Counted from the stretch's first letter, positions 15,656-25,074 are shown. The stretch: 32,000 bases of DNA from Nitrososphaera viennensis EN76 (GCF_000698785.1 NZ_CP007536.1:1560001-1592000), one strand, 5' to 3'. The notes: generated by a model from the sequence alone, not told the origin. A program made the numbers and translations.

Positions 15656-16402
15656 CTAGCGTTCCTGCGAAGTCGGCCTCAGCATTATCTCGTTCACGTT
15701 GACATAGTGTGGCGAGTCTACCGCAAACAGGATGGCGTTTGCGATGTCCTGCGCCTTTAGCGACTCCATCTGCCTTGTAGACTCGATGAATTTTGCAAGA
15801 GACGCGTCGGTGATGCTGTTGTTAAGCTCCGTGTCGACTACCCCCGGCTCGATGCAGGTCACGCGGATGTTGGAGCGCTGGCTGAACTCCTGGCGCAGGC
15901 CCTCACTGAACGCCGTGACGGCGTGCTTGGTCGCGCAGTAGACGGTTCCCGCCGGGAAGACGACCCTGCCGGCTATCGAAGACATGTTGACGATGTGGCC
16001 GGATTTTTTGGCCATCATGTGCGGTATAGCCGCGGCGGTGCAGTAGATCACGCCCTTGAGGTTGACGTCTATCATCCTGTTCCACTCGTCGACCTTCATG
16101 TTCTTGAAAAACGACAGCGGCATCAGGCCGGCGTTGTTGACCAGGATGTCCACCGTCCCCCACTTTTTGACCACGGCGTCGACAAAGGCGTCGCACTCGG
16201 CTTTCTTGGTGACGTCCAGCTTTTGCACGAACGCCTCGCCGCCGGCCTTTTCGATCTCGGCCTTCAGAGCGTCAAGCTTGTCCGTGCGCCTTGCGCCTCC
16301 GGCAACCTTTGCGCCGGCCCTTGCAAGCGCAAGCGCCGTTGCTTGCCCAATGCCGCTGCTTGCGCCTGTGACTATTGCAACCTTGCCTTTTATCGTCGTC
16401 AT
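15656..16402 (-). CDS. short-chain dehydrogenase/reductase (classical SDR)
   Basis: From MTTIKGKVAIVTGASSGIG, with NNAG and the catalytic YCATKHAV (YxxxK). The 100-aa N-terminal extension in the ORF track runs through an AT-rich promoter region and is rejected. Confidence 0.85.
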   Translation of the reverse strand: MTTIKGKVAIVTGASSGIGQATALALARAGAKVAGGARRTDKLDALKAEIEKAGGEAFVQKLDVTKKAECDAFVDAVVKKWGTVDILVNNAGLMPLSFFKNMKVDEWNRMIDVNLKGVIYCTAAAIPHMMAKKSGHIVNMSSIAGRVVFPAGTVYCATKHAVTAFSEGLRQEFSQRSNIRVTCIEPGVVDTELNNSITDASLAKFIESTRQMESLKAQDIANAILFAVDSPHYVNVNEIMLRPTSQER

Positions 16403-16496
16403 TATGCGAGCTATGATGCAGGATTTTCGTAATAATATTTGTTTGTTGTTGGTTAACCTAAGACTTAAGTACAAAACAGCCGATAGCTGTCTCAGT

Positions 16497-16688
16497 ATGA
16501 GCCTTGACGACAGGGATGAGCTGGCGTACCTGTGGACCAAGGTCAAGTTCGTGCAGAGGTACATGAGCAGGAACAACTGCACTTTTGAAGTCGCCGAAGT
16601 AGAGTTCCACCGCTGGATAGACGGCCTGATGGACGGAAGCAGGATCGAGCAGGCAAACAGGATGCTCAACGCGTCCAACAGCCAGTAA
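16497..16688 (+). CDS. hypothetical small protein (63 aa)
   Basis: ATG-initiated tail of track ORF 16056..16688 (MSLDDRDELAYLWTKVKFVQRYMSRNNCTFEVAEVEFHRWIDG...). GC-rich third positions. Divergent from the SDR gene, with an AT-rich promoter region between them. Confidence 0.4.
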   Translation: MSLDDRDELAYLWTKVKFVQRYMSRNNCTFEVAEVEFHRWIDGLMDGSRIEQANRMLNASNSQ

Positions 16689-16801
16689 ACACACACAGGC
16701 ACTATCTGACAACTAACCGATATATCATATCCTTTTCATCGTCAATAATAACTCTCAATGCAGGACTTTTAGGCGCAGCTGTGTAAACATATATCTGTAT
16801 T

Positions 16802-17467
16802 TCAAAAATTGCCAATGATCGTCATCGTCAGGCCGGACAGCAGCGGGACGCTCAGGTTATCGCTGATGCGCAAGGGAATAAACTCTATCGTCATGCCCAC
16901 CAATGCCGCTACCAGTGCCATTGCGGGAGACGCAAAAAATAGCGAGCCGGCAAAGGCACAGATGATCCCGGCCGCCGTTCCTTCTATGCTCTTGCCACGG
17001 GAGTAGGGGATCTTGGTCTTGCCGTACATTCTTCCCACCACTGACGCAAAACCATCTCCCAGCGTGACGACCGCTATCGCGACATAATTAAAAGGAGCAG
17101 GAAATATCAAGAGCGACAAAAGGACCCCTGCAGCAAGGTAAAGCGGGGCTATGACGAAAGTGTTCTGTTTTTCGCCGCCATCACTGTTATTACTGCTATT
17201 GCTGCTGTCGTCGTCATCATCATTATTCCGCATCGCCATTCTTGTAATGGCTGTAAACACCGGGACGCGGCGCCCTTTGAGGCGCATATACTCAGATATG
17301 GAATAGGCCGCCGCCATTCCCGCTACAAACGCAGCGGCAACTGTGATCCCGAAAGCAAGGGATATGAAAGGAACGATAAAGCCCAGAATGTGTATTGATT
17401 TTCTAAAGATCTCTTTTCTGATTTGAACGGATTGCTTGTTGCCGTCATTCTGGCGCCTGCCACCCAT
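16802..17467 (-). CDS. CTP-dependent polyprenol (dolichol) kinase / cytidylyltransferase-family membrane protein
   Basis: From MGGRRQ. Multi-pass membrane protein with the C-terminal family motifs GDGFASVVGRMYGK and KSIEGTAAG. It contains the low-complexity loop NNDDDDDSSNSSNNSDGG. Confidence 0.6.
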   Translation of the reverse strand: MGGRRQNDGNKQSVQIRKEIFRKSIHILGFIVPFISLAFGITVAAAFVAGMAAAYSISEYMRLKGRRVPVFTAITRMAMRNNDDDDDSSNSSNNSDGGEKQNTFVIAPLYLAAGVLLSLLIFPAPFNYVAIAVVTLGDGFASVVGRMYGKTKIPYSRGKSIEGTAAGIICAFAGSLFFASPAMALVAALVGMTIEFIPLRISDNLSVPLLSGLTMTIIGNF

Positions 17468-17562
17468 TCTTCTTATATTTATGCCTGTTTGCTCTACATA
17501 ATATTGCTTATGCAAGATCCCCGTGAATCTGCCAGAGCATCCGGAGTGGGATGATGACAGAT

Positions 17563-17956
17563 ATGGGCTACAACGTAAAGCTTGCAGAAAAGCTCCGCGC
17601 CATGCTTGCAGGCCGCAAGGGCTACAGCGAGAAAAAGATGTTTGGCGGGCTGTCATTCATGATCGACGGCAAGATGTGTGTGTGTCGGGGTGCTCAACGA
17701 CGACCTCGTGCTGCGCGTTGGGGCCGGGCGAAATGGCGAGGCGCTTGCGCTGCCCCACGCAAGGCCGATGGACTTTACCGGCAAGCCCATGGAGGGTTTT
17801 GTCTATGTAGGCCCCGGCGGCTGGCAGAAGGACGCGACACTGAGCAAATGCATCGAAATGGGTCTCGATTATGTTTCTTTGCTGCCGCCGGCAAAAAAGC
17901 GCAAGAGCAAGCGCGCGGCCAAAAATAGAGGAAAGAAAAGGAATGGAGCTAGCTAG
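17563..17956 (+). pseudogene. TfoX N-terminal-domain protein gene, frameshifted at a (TG)5 tract
   Basis: Frame 1 gives MGYNVKLAEKLRAMLAGRKGYSEKKMFGGLSFMIDGKMCV. Frame 2 continues (C)VGVLNDDLVLRVG...PMDFTGKPMEGFVYV, which together make the TfoX_N pattern (KKMFGGxxFxxxGxM...LxxRV). The frames switch inside TGTGTGTGTG at 17675-17684. Confidence 0.65.
17675..17684 (+). repeat. (TG)5 dinucleotide repeat at the TfoX frameshift site
   Basis: Read directly: aagATGTGTGTGTGTCgggg. Confidence 0.9.
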
Positions 17957-18534
17957 CGCTCCTGCTCCTGTTCCTGCTCTTGTTCTCCCAGAATTTCGCC
18001 CGACGAAGTTGCTATCCTGCCAATGAATCCCAGCACCCCGCCAAAGACGATGTGCAGCGCAAGCGAGCCTGAAAGGATTGTAGTAGAGAGCGCGACCAGT
18101 TTTTCTGCAAGCTGGAACATCGGCGCCTGCGGCCCCTGCGCGACTATGCCCTGCAGCATCGGCTGCACCAAGCCAAAGTTCAGCGGAAGGAACAGGATTG
18201 CCCACACCACCACGCCGGTGATGATGCCGGTCACAAGGCCCTTGGGCACGGACTTGATGTACAGCTTTTTCACCGAGTTGGAGATTATCATGTAGATTAT
18301 GCCTATCACCGTGGCAGTCACCATGTGCATGAGAAAGCCCAGGTAGACGTCGGCGGAAGGCCCCTGCCCGAGGACCATGCCTATCATCTTGTAAAAGGTG
18401 CCCGGAGGAGTCACCAGGGTCGCGTCCACCGCCAGAATCAGCCCGAATATGGCCCATGCGGCAGCCTGGCCTGCAGCTATGCCGGCCTTGGTAGAGTCGA
18501 CGAGTGTTGCCGAATTGATCCTTACTAACTGCAT
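17953..18534 (-). CDS. hypothetical integral membrane protein with an EQEQEQEQER C-terminus
   Basis: 193 aa with about 5 hydrophobic segments. Its stop shares the CTAG tetranucleotide with the convergent TfoX gene. Confidence 0.55.
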   Translation of the reverse strand: MQLVRINSATLVDSTKAGIAAGQAAAWAIFGLILAVDATLVTPPGTFYKMIGMVLGQGPSADVYLGFLMHMVTATVIGIIYMIISNSVKKLYIKSVPKGLVTGIITGVVVWAILFLPLNFGLVQPMLQGIVAQGPQAPMFQLAEKLVALSTTILSGSLALHIVFGGVLGFIGRIATSSGEILGEQEQEQEQER

Positions 18535-18654
18535 GAAGTCTATACGTGCTTCAAATATTTTAGGGTACTACCAGATTATTTATAATATGTTACAGACAAT
18601 TTAGATGTAAAAAAGTTTTCTCAATAAATAAGGAAAAAATGTGTAAAAATTTTA

Positions 18655-18945
18655 TCAAGTGCTCTTTTGCTCTTCTTCCGCAGGCTGGACCTTTTGCTTC
18701 CTTGCCATGAACAACAGCAAGCCCCCAAACATCGCAAGCAGGACGGCGATGCCCTGCCCGCCCCCGAGCGGGATGAGCACGATGTATGCGACGGCAAACG
18801 CAAAGCACACGAACGCCTGCATCAAGTAGACGTACAGCTGGCGCAGGCCGGTCTTTTTGGCGGCGATGCCTATTGCAAAGAACGCGGCCGTCGGGTAGAT
18901 GGTGTACAGCACAAAGTCGACAATGTCAACGCCGTTGTGCGTCAA
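18655..18945 (-). CDS. hypothetical small membrane protein (96 aa, about 3 TM)
   Basis: Hydrophobic ORF flanked by AT-rich intergenic regions. Confidence 0.45.
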   Translation of the reverse strand: MTHNGVDIVDFVLYTIYPTAAFFAIGIAAKKTGLRQLYVYLMQAFVCFAFAVAYIVLIPLGGGQGIAVLLAMFGGLLLFMARKQKVQPAEEEQKST

Positions 18946-18989
18946 TTGCAGAGAAAAGTATGCGGACTGGGTATTTAATTTAATTTATT

Positions 18990-19574
18990 TTACAGCCGGG
19001 CGTGCACCTGCACGGCAGAGCCCGACTCTATGAACGAGCGCGCGTTTTCAAGCGGCAGCGTGGCCACGTCCTCCTGCTGGAACGGCCCGTATTTCGTCAT
19101 GTCCACTCCTATAAACTGCTCCTGCGCCTTGACAAAGCGCACGACAATGCGCTTTTCGCGCACGCGTGCGGATATCGCCTCAAGCACCTTTGGCCTGCCT
19201 TTCGTTGTCGCGGCGACCACCTCGCCCAGCCTGCCTGCGGCCTCTTGCTGCCCGTCAAGGACGTATTTCTCCTCGTCAGTCAGCCTCGAATAGTCAAGGG
19301 GCTCGCCACTACCGCCGCCCCCTTCTTCCTGGTGTTGCACCTTGCGCTGGCGCACCTCGAAAAGCAGCCTTGCGGAAGCGGAAAGGAGCTCTACCATGCG
19401 GTCCCGGACCTTTGCCTCGACGCCCTCAAACCCCTGGCCCTTCAGGCTGCCGAGCGACGCGGCGACCTTCTGGTAGGTGTCCGGCTCGATCTGCTGGAGC
19501 GCAGGGTTTTCTACCTCTTTTTTGAGAAGCTCGTAGATGTGCTTGAGGGAGACGTCGCTCTCGTTTTCGCTCAT
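18990..19574 (-). CDS. GINS-complex subunit (Gins51/Gins15-like) of the replicative helicase
   Basis: 194 aa. N-terminal helical region IYELLKKE...L..I..D.Y. The C-terminal block VRFVKAQEQFIGVDMTKYGPFQQEDVATLPLENARSFIESGSA resembles the archaeal Gins51 B-domain (V.F..D.P.F.G.D...YGP...GD.A.LP...A..LI..G.A). Confidence 0.5.
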   Translation of the reverse strand: MSENESDVSLKHIYELLKKEVENPALQQIEPDTYQKVAASLGSLKGQGFEGVEAKVRDRMVELLSASARLLFEVRQRKVQHQEEGGGGSGEPLDYSRLTDEEKYVLDGQQEAAGRLGEVVAATTKGRPKVLEAISARVREKRIVVRFVKAQEQFIGVDMTKYGPFQQEDVATLPLENARSFIESGSAVQVHARL

Positions 19575-19650
19575 TTTTGGTCGCTGCCGGAGGCCATGGA
19601 AGCCTTAAATTATAGGGTTCGCGTGTCCTACTGGAAGAGAGGTTAGCTGG

Positions 19651-21117
19651 TTGCCTTATAAATTAATTGACGGCAAGATAGCCCCGTTAACATTTACCGC
19701 CGAAGAAGTCATGAAGCGCCTCAAGGAGGACAAGATAAAATTCATCGACCTCCAGTTCACCGGCCTCTTTGGCAGGTTCCACCACACCACGATGGACGCC
19801 AAGATGTTCCGCATCGAGGATTTCGCAGACGGCCTCCCCAAGGTCGACGGCTCTTCGATCCGCGGCTTTACCGAGATCCACGAATCAGACCTCATAATCA
19901 GGCCTGACCCGGCAACCTACGCGACCATCCCGTGGATAGAGCAGGCCCCCACCGCAAGGCTCATCTGCGACATTTTGAGCGGGGGGTCAAAGCGCGACAT
20001 TTTCCCCCGCGACCCCCGCGGCCTTGCGAAAAAGGCGGAAAGATACTGCGGCGAGCAGGGCTACGACACCTCGTACTGGGGCCCGGAAGTCGAGTTTTTC
20101 GTGTTTGACAAGCTGGAGGTAAACACGATGACGCCGTACCAGGGGCAGAGCTACCATATCACGTCAAGGGAGGCTCCGTGGTCAAGCGACAACGTCGGCT
20201 ACGCCCTGCGCCTGAAGGACGGATACCTGCCGAGCGCGCCCGGCGACACGCTCATGGAATACCGCAACCAGTGCGTCGACGTGCTTACCAACAACTTTGG
20301 GATTGTCTGCGACGCGCACCACCACGAGGTGGCCACAGCCGGCCAGTGCGAGATAGACATTCGCTTTGACACCCTTGTGAACGCGGCTGACAGCGTCCAG
20401 AGCTACAAGTACATAGTCAAGAACATCGCGCAAAAGCGCAACATGATGGCGACGATGATGCCAAAGCCGATTGCGCTTGACAACGGCTCGGGCATGCACG
20501 TAAACGTCAGCCTCTGGAACAAGGGCAAGAACCTCTTTTACGACCCGGACGACGATTACGCTGAAATGTCGCAGACTGCGCGCTATTTCGGCGGAGGCAT
20601 CATGGAGCACGCGCAGGCCCTTGCCTCCATAGTCGCGCCCACCACCAACTCGTACCGCAGGCTCGTGCCCGGCTACGAGGCGCCCGTGTACGTGGCGTGG
20701 AGCACCGGCAACCGCTCTGCAATAATCAGGATCCCGGCGCACTACAAGGGACAGAAATTCTCTGCAATGAAGAGGATAGAGTTCCGCGCGCCGGACCCCT
20801 CGTGCAACCCGTACCTTGCGTTCTGCGCTATTATGGCCGCCGGCCTTGACGGCATCAGGAAAAAGCGCGACATCGGCGACCCGGTGAAGGAGGACATTTT
20901 CAAGATGACCCCAAAGCGCAGGCGCGAGCTTGGCATAACGCAGCTGCCGGCGTCGCTGCGCCAGGCGTACGAGGCGCTTGAAAGCGACAGCGCGTTCCTC
21001 AAGCCGATACTTGACGACGAGACGATTGAAAAGATAATCGAGCACGAGGAGAGGGAGAACGTAGAGGTCTCGGTGAGGCCCCACCCCCACGAGTTTGCTC
21101 TGTACGCCGACGTCTAG
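19651..21117 (+). CDS. glnA: glutamine synthetase, type I
   Basis: 488 aa. FIDLQFTGLFGR, the beta-grasp region, GSGMHVNVSLW, NSYRRLVPGYEAP and RIEFRAPDPSCNPYLA are canonical GSI blocks. TTG start. Confidence 0.9.
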   Translation: MPYKLIDGKIAPLTFTAEEVMKRLKEDKIKFIDLQFTGLFGRFHHTTMDAKMFRIEDFADGLPKVDGSSIRGFTEIHESDLIIRPDPATYATIPWIEQAPTARLICDILSGGSKRDIFPRDPRGLAKKAERYCGEQGYDTSYWGPEVEFFVFDKLEVNTMTPYQGQSYHITSREAPWSSDNVGYALRLKDGYLPSAPGDTLMEYRNQCVDVLTNNFGIVCDAHHHEVATAGQCEIDIRFDTLVNAADSVQSYKYIVKNIAQKRNMMATMMPKPIALDNGSGMHVNVSLWNKGKNLFYDPDDDYAEMSQTARYFGGGIMEHAQALASIVAPTTNSYRRLVPGYEAPVYVAWSTGNRSAIIRIPAHYKGQKFSAMKRIEFRAPDPSCNPYLAFCAIMAAGLDGIRKKRDIGDPVKEDIFKMTPKRRRELGITQLPASLRQAYEALESDSAFLKPILDDETIEKIIEHEERENVEVSVRPHPHEFALYADV

Positions 21118-21235
21118 CTGCACACTCACCTCAAGGGAGCCCCCAAAGTGCATCCCAGAGATGAAGGCGCGCATGAGACGCGCCAAAAATCCCTCCAAAA
21201 ACAAGCGATAAGAAAACGCCGCGCCAATACATAGT

Positions 21236-22273
21236 GTGAAACAACACGCCACGCTCTCAGCCGCCGCGATTGCGCCTATTCTCCTTTTTGCCGGCCTTGC
21301 ATCGCAGGCGGCATACGCAAACCAGATGGACGCGCTCTTGCTTCCCGCGCAGGACAGCTCGCAGCTGCACCTTACCGCATTCCGCACGATAGAACTGCGC
21401 TACCCCGAAGGGAGCCCGCTTGCCAGCATGCTTGCCGATAAAAGCGAGAGGCTGGAATTTTCCGTGCAGGGCAATGACGCGCAGGCCGTGGTCGACGCGC
21501 TGAACAGGGCGGCGCGGGAGAGATCAAGCCCGCTTGTGCTTGAGAACGGGACGGTGGATTATGTGGCAACGCTAAAGGGCTATCCTGACAGGGCGCAGAT
21601 CTCGTACAAGGTAGACGTCAAGGCGCAGATGTCAAAGTACGTGCTGCAAAAAGAGCAGGACAAAGAGCCTGCAATCCTCGACCTTGCGTGGCGCAGCCTG
21701 TCCGTGCAGGGCCCGGTCGTCGTGGCCGCTGCAGGACATGGCGAGGAAATAAACATCAACCAGCCGGCGGGCGCGCTCGACGCGATGGTGCCCGGGCTTG
21801 CAGACAAGCTGCTGATGGCAGCGGGTGCAGGCAAAAAAATAATGCAGGACTCCATACTCGACTTTGGCCGGTTCAACCTGCCTATGCAGCAGTGGCACTT
21901 CCTCTTTGACGTGACAGGCGAGCAGCTCAAGAACTATGGCGTGTTCAGGCCGGGCGAGGGCGCAACGGTGTCGGTATACTCGATAGGCGAGAGCAGCTTC
22001 CGCGAAGGCAGGTACGTGCCGGAAGAGATGGACGCCACCATTGACGTGGACGGCGCGCAGGTAAAGGTGCACGCAAGCACGCCCCCGCCGAGCGGGCAGG
22101 TGAGCGTCGCCGGCTATGCCAAGGCCGAGGAGCAGAACGGCGTCGAGTACGTGACTGCAAGCAGCAAGCATACAGAGATGCCGGCGCTTGACTTTCAGCT
22201 GCAGGTGCTGATGGCGCTTGGAGGCATGATGGGCGCAATAGCGGTGTTTGTGCTGATAAAAGCGCGGCGCTAA
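21236..22273 (+). CDS. hypothetical exported protein with an N-terminal signal peptide and a C-terminal TM anchor
   Basis: N-terminus AAAIAPILLFAGLASQAAYA. C-terminus LQVLMALGGMMGAIAVFVLIKARR. No catalytic motif recognised. Confidence 0.55.
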   Translation: MKQHATLSAAAIAPILLFAGLASQAAYANQMDALLLPAQDSSQLHLTAFRTIELRYPEGSPLASMLADKSERLEFSVQGNDAQAVVDALNRAARERSSPLVLENGTVDYVATLKGYPDRAQISYKVDVKAQMSKYVLQKEQDKEPAILDLAWRSLSVQGPVVVAAAGHGEEININQPAGALDAMVPGLADKLLMAAGAGKKIMQDSILDFGRFNLPMQQWHFLFDVTGEQLKNYGVFRPGEGATVSVYSIGESSFREGRYVPEEMDATIDVDGAQVKVHASTPPPSGQVSVAGYAKAEEQNGVEYVTASSKHTEMPALDFQLQVLMALGGMMGAIAVFVLIKARR

Positions 22274-22528
22274 TTAGTACTTCCACTCGGAAGCGATGCC
22301 GTTCCACCACGCCCGGTACGGCCGGGCGTCGGCGCCTATCTCGCCCTGTATGCGGTTTTCAATCGCAAAAAACATGTTTTCCATCGCGTCTGCGCCGCCG
22401 TCGGCGGCAAGCTCCCTGCCTATTTCGGCGATGCGCTCTTTTTTGCTTGCAACGTCGGAACTTGCAGACGGGTTCTGGATGCAGAATGTCAGCAAATCGT
22501 ACAGCTCTTCTTCAAGGTAGGCGTCCAA
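22274..22528 (-). CDS. hypothetical acidic helical protein (84 aa)
   Basis: ORF with a TTG start immediately downstream of the parvulin gene. Coding-like composition. Confidence 0.4.
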   Translation of the reverse strand: MDAYLEEELYDLLTFCIQNPSASSDVASKKERIAEIGRELAADGGADAMENMFFAIENRIQGEIGADARPYRAWWNGIASEWKY

Positions 22529-22537
22529 ACTACTATA

Positions 22538-22816
22538 TCAGTCCACCCTTTTTATGATGTGGTAGCCAAACTCGGTCTTGACCGGCCCTGACATCTGTCC
22601 CTTTTCCAGCTTGAACGCCGCCTCTTCAAACGGCTTGACCATCATGCCCCTTGTAAAGTAGCCAAGGTCGCCGCCGCGCTTGCCAGATCCCCTGTCCTGC
22701 GACAGCTCTTGCGCCAGCCTGGAAAAGCTCTCGCCCTTTTTCAGCCGCTCAAGGACGGCAAGGGCCTCGCTCTGCTTCTGGACAAGTATGTGTGAACACT
22801 TGATCTTGTTTGACAT
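22538..22816 (-). CDS. parvulin-type peptidyl-prolyl cis-trans isomerase (single domain, Par10/PinA-like)
   Basis: 92 aa. KCSHILV...GGDLGYFxRGMMVKPFEEAAF.L..G..S.PVKTEFGYHIIK is the parvulin signature. Confidence 0.85.
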   Translation of the reverse strand: MSNKIKCSHILVQKQSEALAVLERLKKGESFSRLAQELSQDRGSGKRGGDLGYFTRGMMVKPFEEAAFKLEKGQMSGPVKTEFGYHIIKRVD

Positions 22817-22931
22817 GGCAGCAGGAAACAGGCGCAGGGCGAGAATTAACCTTTGCGACCTGCTTGTTTCAGAAACTATATTACATAATACTTTTAAGAA
22901 ATTTTCCTCATAGGCACACCGGTATCAATTA

Positions 22932-24686
22932 TTGCATGAAGGGAGCTTGCCGCCTGCTGCAGCAGGACTTGCCATAGGGATAGGGCTCATAGTTTTGTTT
23001 GCAGTTTTTGCCCCCTCGATGCCTTTGAAAAATCCAAACGCCGGCTTTCTGGCATTTGCCGATTGCTCGCAGCCGCTGGCAGTCGCTTCAGGCCAAACAG
23101 GGCAAACCCAACTGAAGGAAAGAACGTGGATCTCGGTGGCCAAGCTTTCTGCTTTACCAAAGGTCGGCAAAGTAAAGTGCACGGCCATCTCGCAGGAGCT
23201 CCTTGCCAAGTTCCCGGTACTTAAGGAAGCCCTGAAAGGAGCTGACGGGTGCGCTGACGGCACAGAGGTTTGTGAAGTATCCTATGGCATGTCGTCGTCG
23301 CTGATGGATACGAGTTTGGGAATTTCTGTACCAGATAGAGAAGATTATGAACTGTCCGTAACAAAAGCTGAAGCGGAGGCGATCGCAGGAGAATTGGGAA
23401 TTTCAGAACCAAGGAGAGCCATTCTGTCTTACAACGACAGCCTGTACGTATTGTATTTGCGCAGCGCAGGCACCCAAGACGTTAGCGCGCAGATGGAATC
23501 AAAGTTTGTCGAACCAGTAAGCTTTGTACCCGTTCCACTTGAAAAAGGCCGGTCGCTAAACTATACCCTGACAATAAAGACATGGGCCACGTACGGCGGG
23601 CCGGTGGAGATCGACCTCAATGCCACTGCATCTGCAAGGGATTCTGGCCTTGACGCAAGATTCGAGCCCTCAAGATTGGTCATACCTGAAAGGAGCGAAG
23701 CCTCGACGAGACTTGTGATCAGGGCGGGCGAGGATGCAAAAGACGGCGTGTACCGCATAAGGATTGGAGGCAGCATCAACCATTCTTTGATCTTGCAGGA
23801 TTCACCGTGCAAGTATGGCAGCGGGTGCCCGATCGTGAAAATAGGCGCTTCAGAATGGGGGATTGAAAATTATGGAAGTGACCAGTACATCGGGCTTGGA
23901 GGCCGCCAGCCTCCGGAATGGCTCAAGGCGACTGTAGAGACGGACAAAGACGCCTACTCTGCAGGAGAGGATGTGAAGATAAGCGCCCACCTGGCAAACG
24001 AAGGCGCGCAGGCTATCACGCTTGACAATGACACCCGGCTGATCCTTACAATCTATGACGATAGCAACAAGTACAACGAGAATGTCTACACGATAGATTC
24101 GTACATTTTCGGCCTGAAAGAGCCGATTGTCGTGGAGCCGGGTTCAAAGATCCTTCTGGCAAGGGCTTTTCAGTGGGACCAAAAGACCTTTGGCTTTGGA
24201 GTGGCGCCGCACGACGTCGAGCAGGGCAGGTATTCTATCGGCATGTCGTTTGCCGGGTACAACGCCTCGGTGTTTCATACAGAAACGCAATTCAGGATAG
24301 GGCTTGGAAGCATCTCTAAAGTGCCTGGCGCAGGAAACGGCGGAACCGACAGCAATTCAGGATACAACGGCACCATGATAATAATCCCTCGCGGATTGAA
24401 CGGAGCCGAGGCCAGCAGCCCGCCGTTCTACGAGCCGGAGGAAGCCCATGTAAAGGCAGGAGAGGAAATACGCTGGAAGAACGAGGATGGCGCGCTTCAT
24501 ACTGCAACGTCATCAACCCCAAGTTCAGAAGATACGGGAAAGCTCTTTGACACGGACATCATCCCACCCAACAGGTTTTCGCATCCTGTCGTGATAAAAG
24601 ACCCCGGCGAATATTCCTACTTTTGCCAGCTGCATCCCTGGATGTCAGGGAAGATAATAATCGTCGAGCCGCGGGCGACGGAATAG
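22932..24686 (+). CDS. membrane-anchored extracellular multi-domain protein ending in a type-1 copper (plastocyanin/amicyanin-like cupredoxin) domain
   Basis: N-terminal TM segment LAIGIGLIVLFAVFA, then two beta-rich adhesin/CARDB-like regions. The C-terminal ~100 aa carry the copper ligands H (GALHTATS) and C-x2-H-x4-M (YFCQLHPWMSG). Confidence 0.7.
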   Translation: MHEGSLPPAAAGLAIGIGLIVLFAVFAPSMPLKNPNAGFLAFADCSQPLAVASGQTGQTQLKERTWISVAKLSALPKVGKVKCTAISQELLAKFPVLKEALKGADGCADGTEVCEVSYGMSSSLMDTSLGISVPDREDYELSVTKAEAEAIAGELGISEPRRAILSYNDSLYVLYLRSAGTQDVSAQMESKFVEPVSFVPVPLEKGRSLNYTLTIKTWATYGGPVEIDLNATASARDSGLDARFEPSRLVIPERSEASTRLVIRAGEDAKDGVYRIRIGGSINHSLILQDSPCKYGSGCPIVKIGASEWGIENYGSDQYIGLGGRQPPEWLKATVETDKDAYSAGEDVKISAHLANEGAQAITLDNDTRLILTIYDDSNKYNENVYTIDSYIFGLKEPIVVEPGSKILLARAFQWDQKTFGFGVAPHDVEQGRYSIGMSFAGYNASVFHTETQFRIGLGSISKVPGAGNGGTDSNSGYNGTMIIIPRGLNGAEASSPPFYEPEEAHVKAGEEIRWKNEDGALHTATSSTPSSEDTGKLFDTDIIPPNRFSHPVVIKDPGEYSYFCQLHPWMSGKIIIVEPRATE

Positions 24687-24739
24687 CGCGACATGTCTCT
24701 GCCCGAAATCATGATATAAGCGCCAGCAGGCGTAAACCT

Positions 24740-25042
24740 ATGTCAGAAGACACGTCTCCAGCCGCATCGAACGAGGCAATCCCTTTTCCCACGCTTACAA
24801 TCCTGTACCTGCCGGCCGAGGCGGCGGCTGTAGTCGAGGACGTGAGCCAGAAATACCCCAACATGACTATCGAGGACTGCACCGGCTTTTTCCACGGGGG
24901 CCAGCGGCTTTACAAGAAAGTGACGATATGGAGCCAGGGCATAGACAGTCTGTGGATGGACGCGGTGATCGCAAGGACAAAAGAACTTGCGTCAGTGCAA
25001 TTCGTCAACGTTGTTTCCGGCGGCATGATGCACATACTGTAG
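24740..25042 (+). CDS. hypothetical protein (100 aa)
   Basis: Start placed at the ATG at 24740, after the cupredoxin gene stop. No motif recognised. Confidence 0.4.
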   Translation: MSEDTSPAASNEAIPFPTLTILYLPAEAAAVVEDVSQKYPNMTIEDCTGFFHGGQRLYKKVTIWSQGIDSLWMDAVIARTKELASVQFVNVVSGGMMHIL

Positions 25043-25074
25043 CAGAAAGAGCGGCGCTTTGCAAGAATAATAGT

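Noticed and set aside
15656-16702. Long N-terminal extensions of track ORFs: SDR to 16702, kinase-like to 17656, GNAT to 8977, SIMPL to 26022, deaminase to 10154, SQR-like to 15459 and hydrolase to 8045.
   Set aside because: The extensions run through AT-rich promoter regions or overlap the neighbouring gene, and they precede an internal ATG that coincides with the start of the conserved domain. The shorter starts were used.
21161-21211. A 16-codon, highly basic mini-ORF (MKARMRRAKNPSKNKR) with an embedded GGCGCG/CGCGCC hairpin (21166-21184) between glnA and the exported-protein gene, considered as a possible uORF or terminator.
   Set aside because: It is too short to evaluate. The hairpin is followed by an A-run rather than a T-run on the glnA strand, and there is no supporting signal.
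22526-22816. The parvulin gene and the downstream 84-aa ORF are in the same frame, separated by TGA plus three codons, which could suggest a readthrough fusion.
   Set aside because: The parvulin domain ends at its normal C-terminus (GYHIIKRVD), and the stop is TGA with no recoding signal that I can see. The downstream ORF has its own TTG start. Treated as coincidence.
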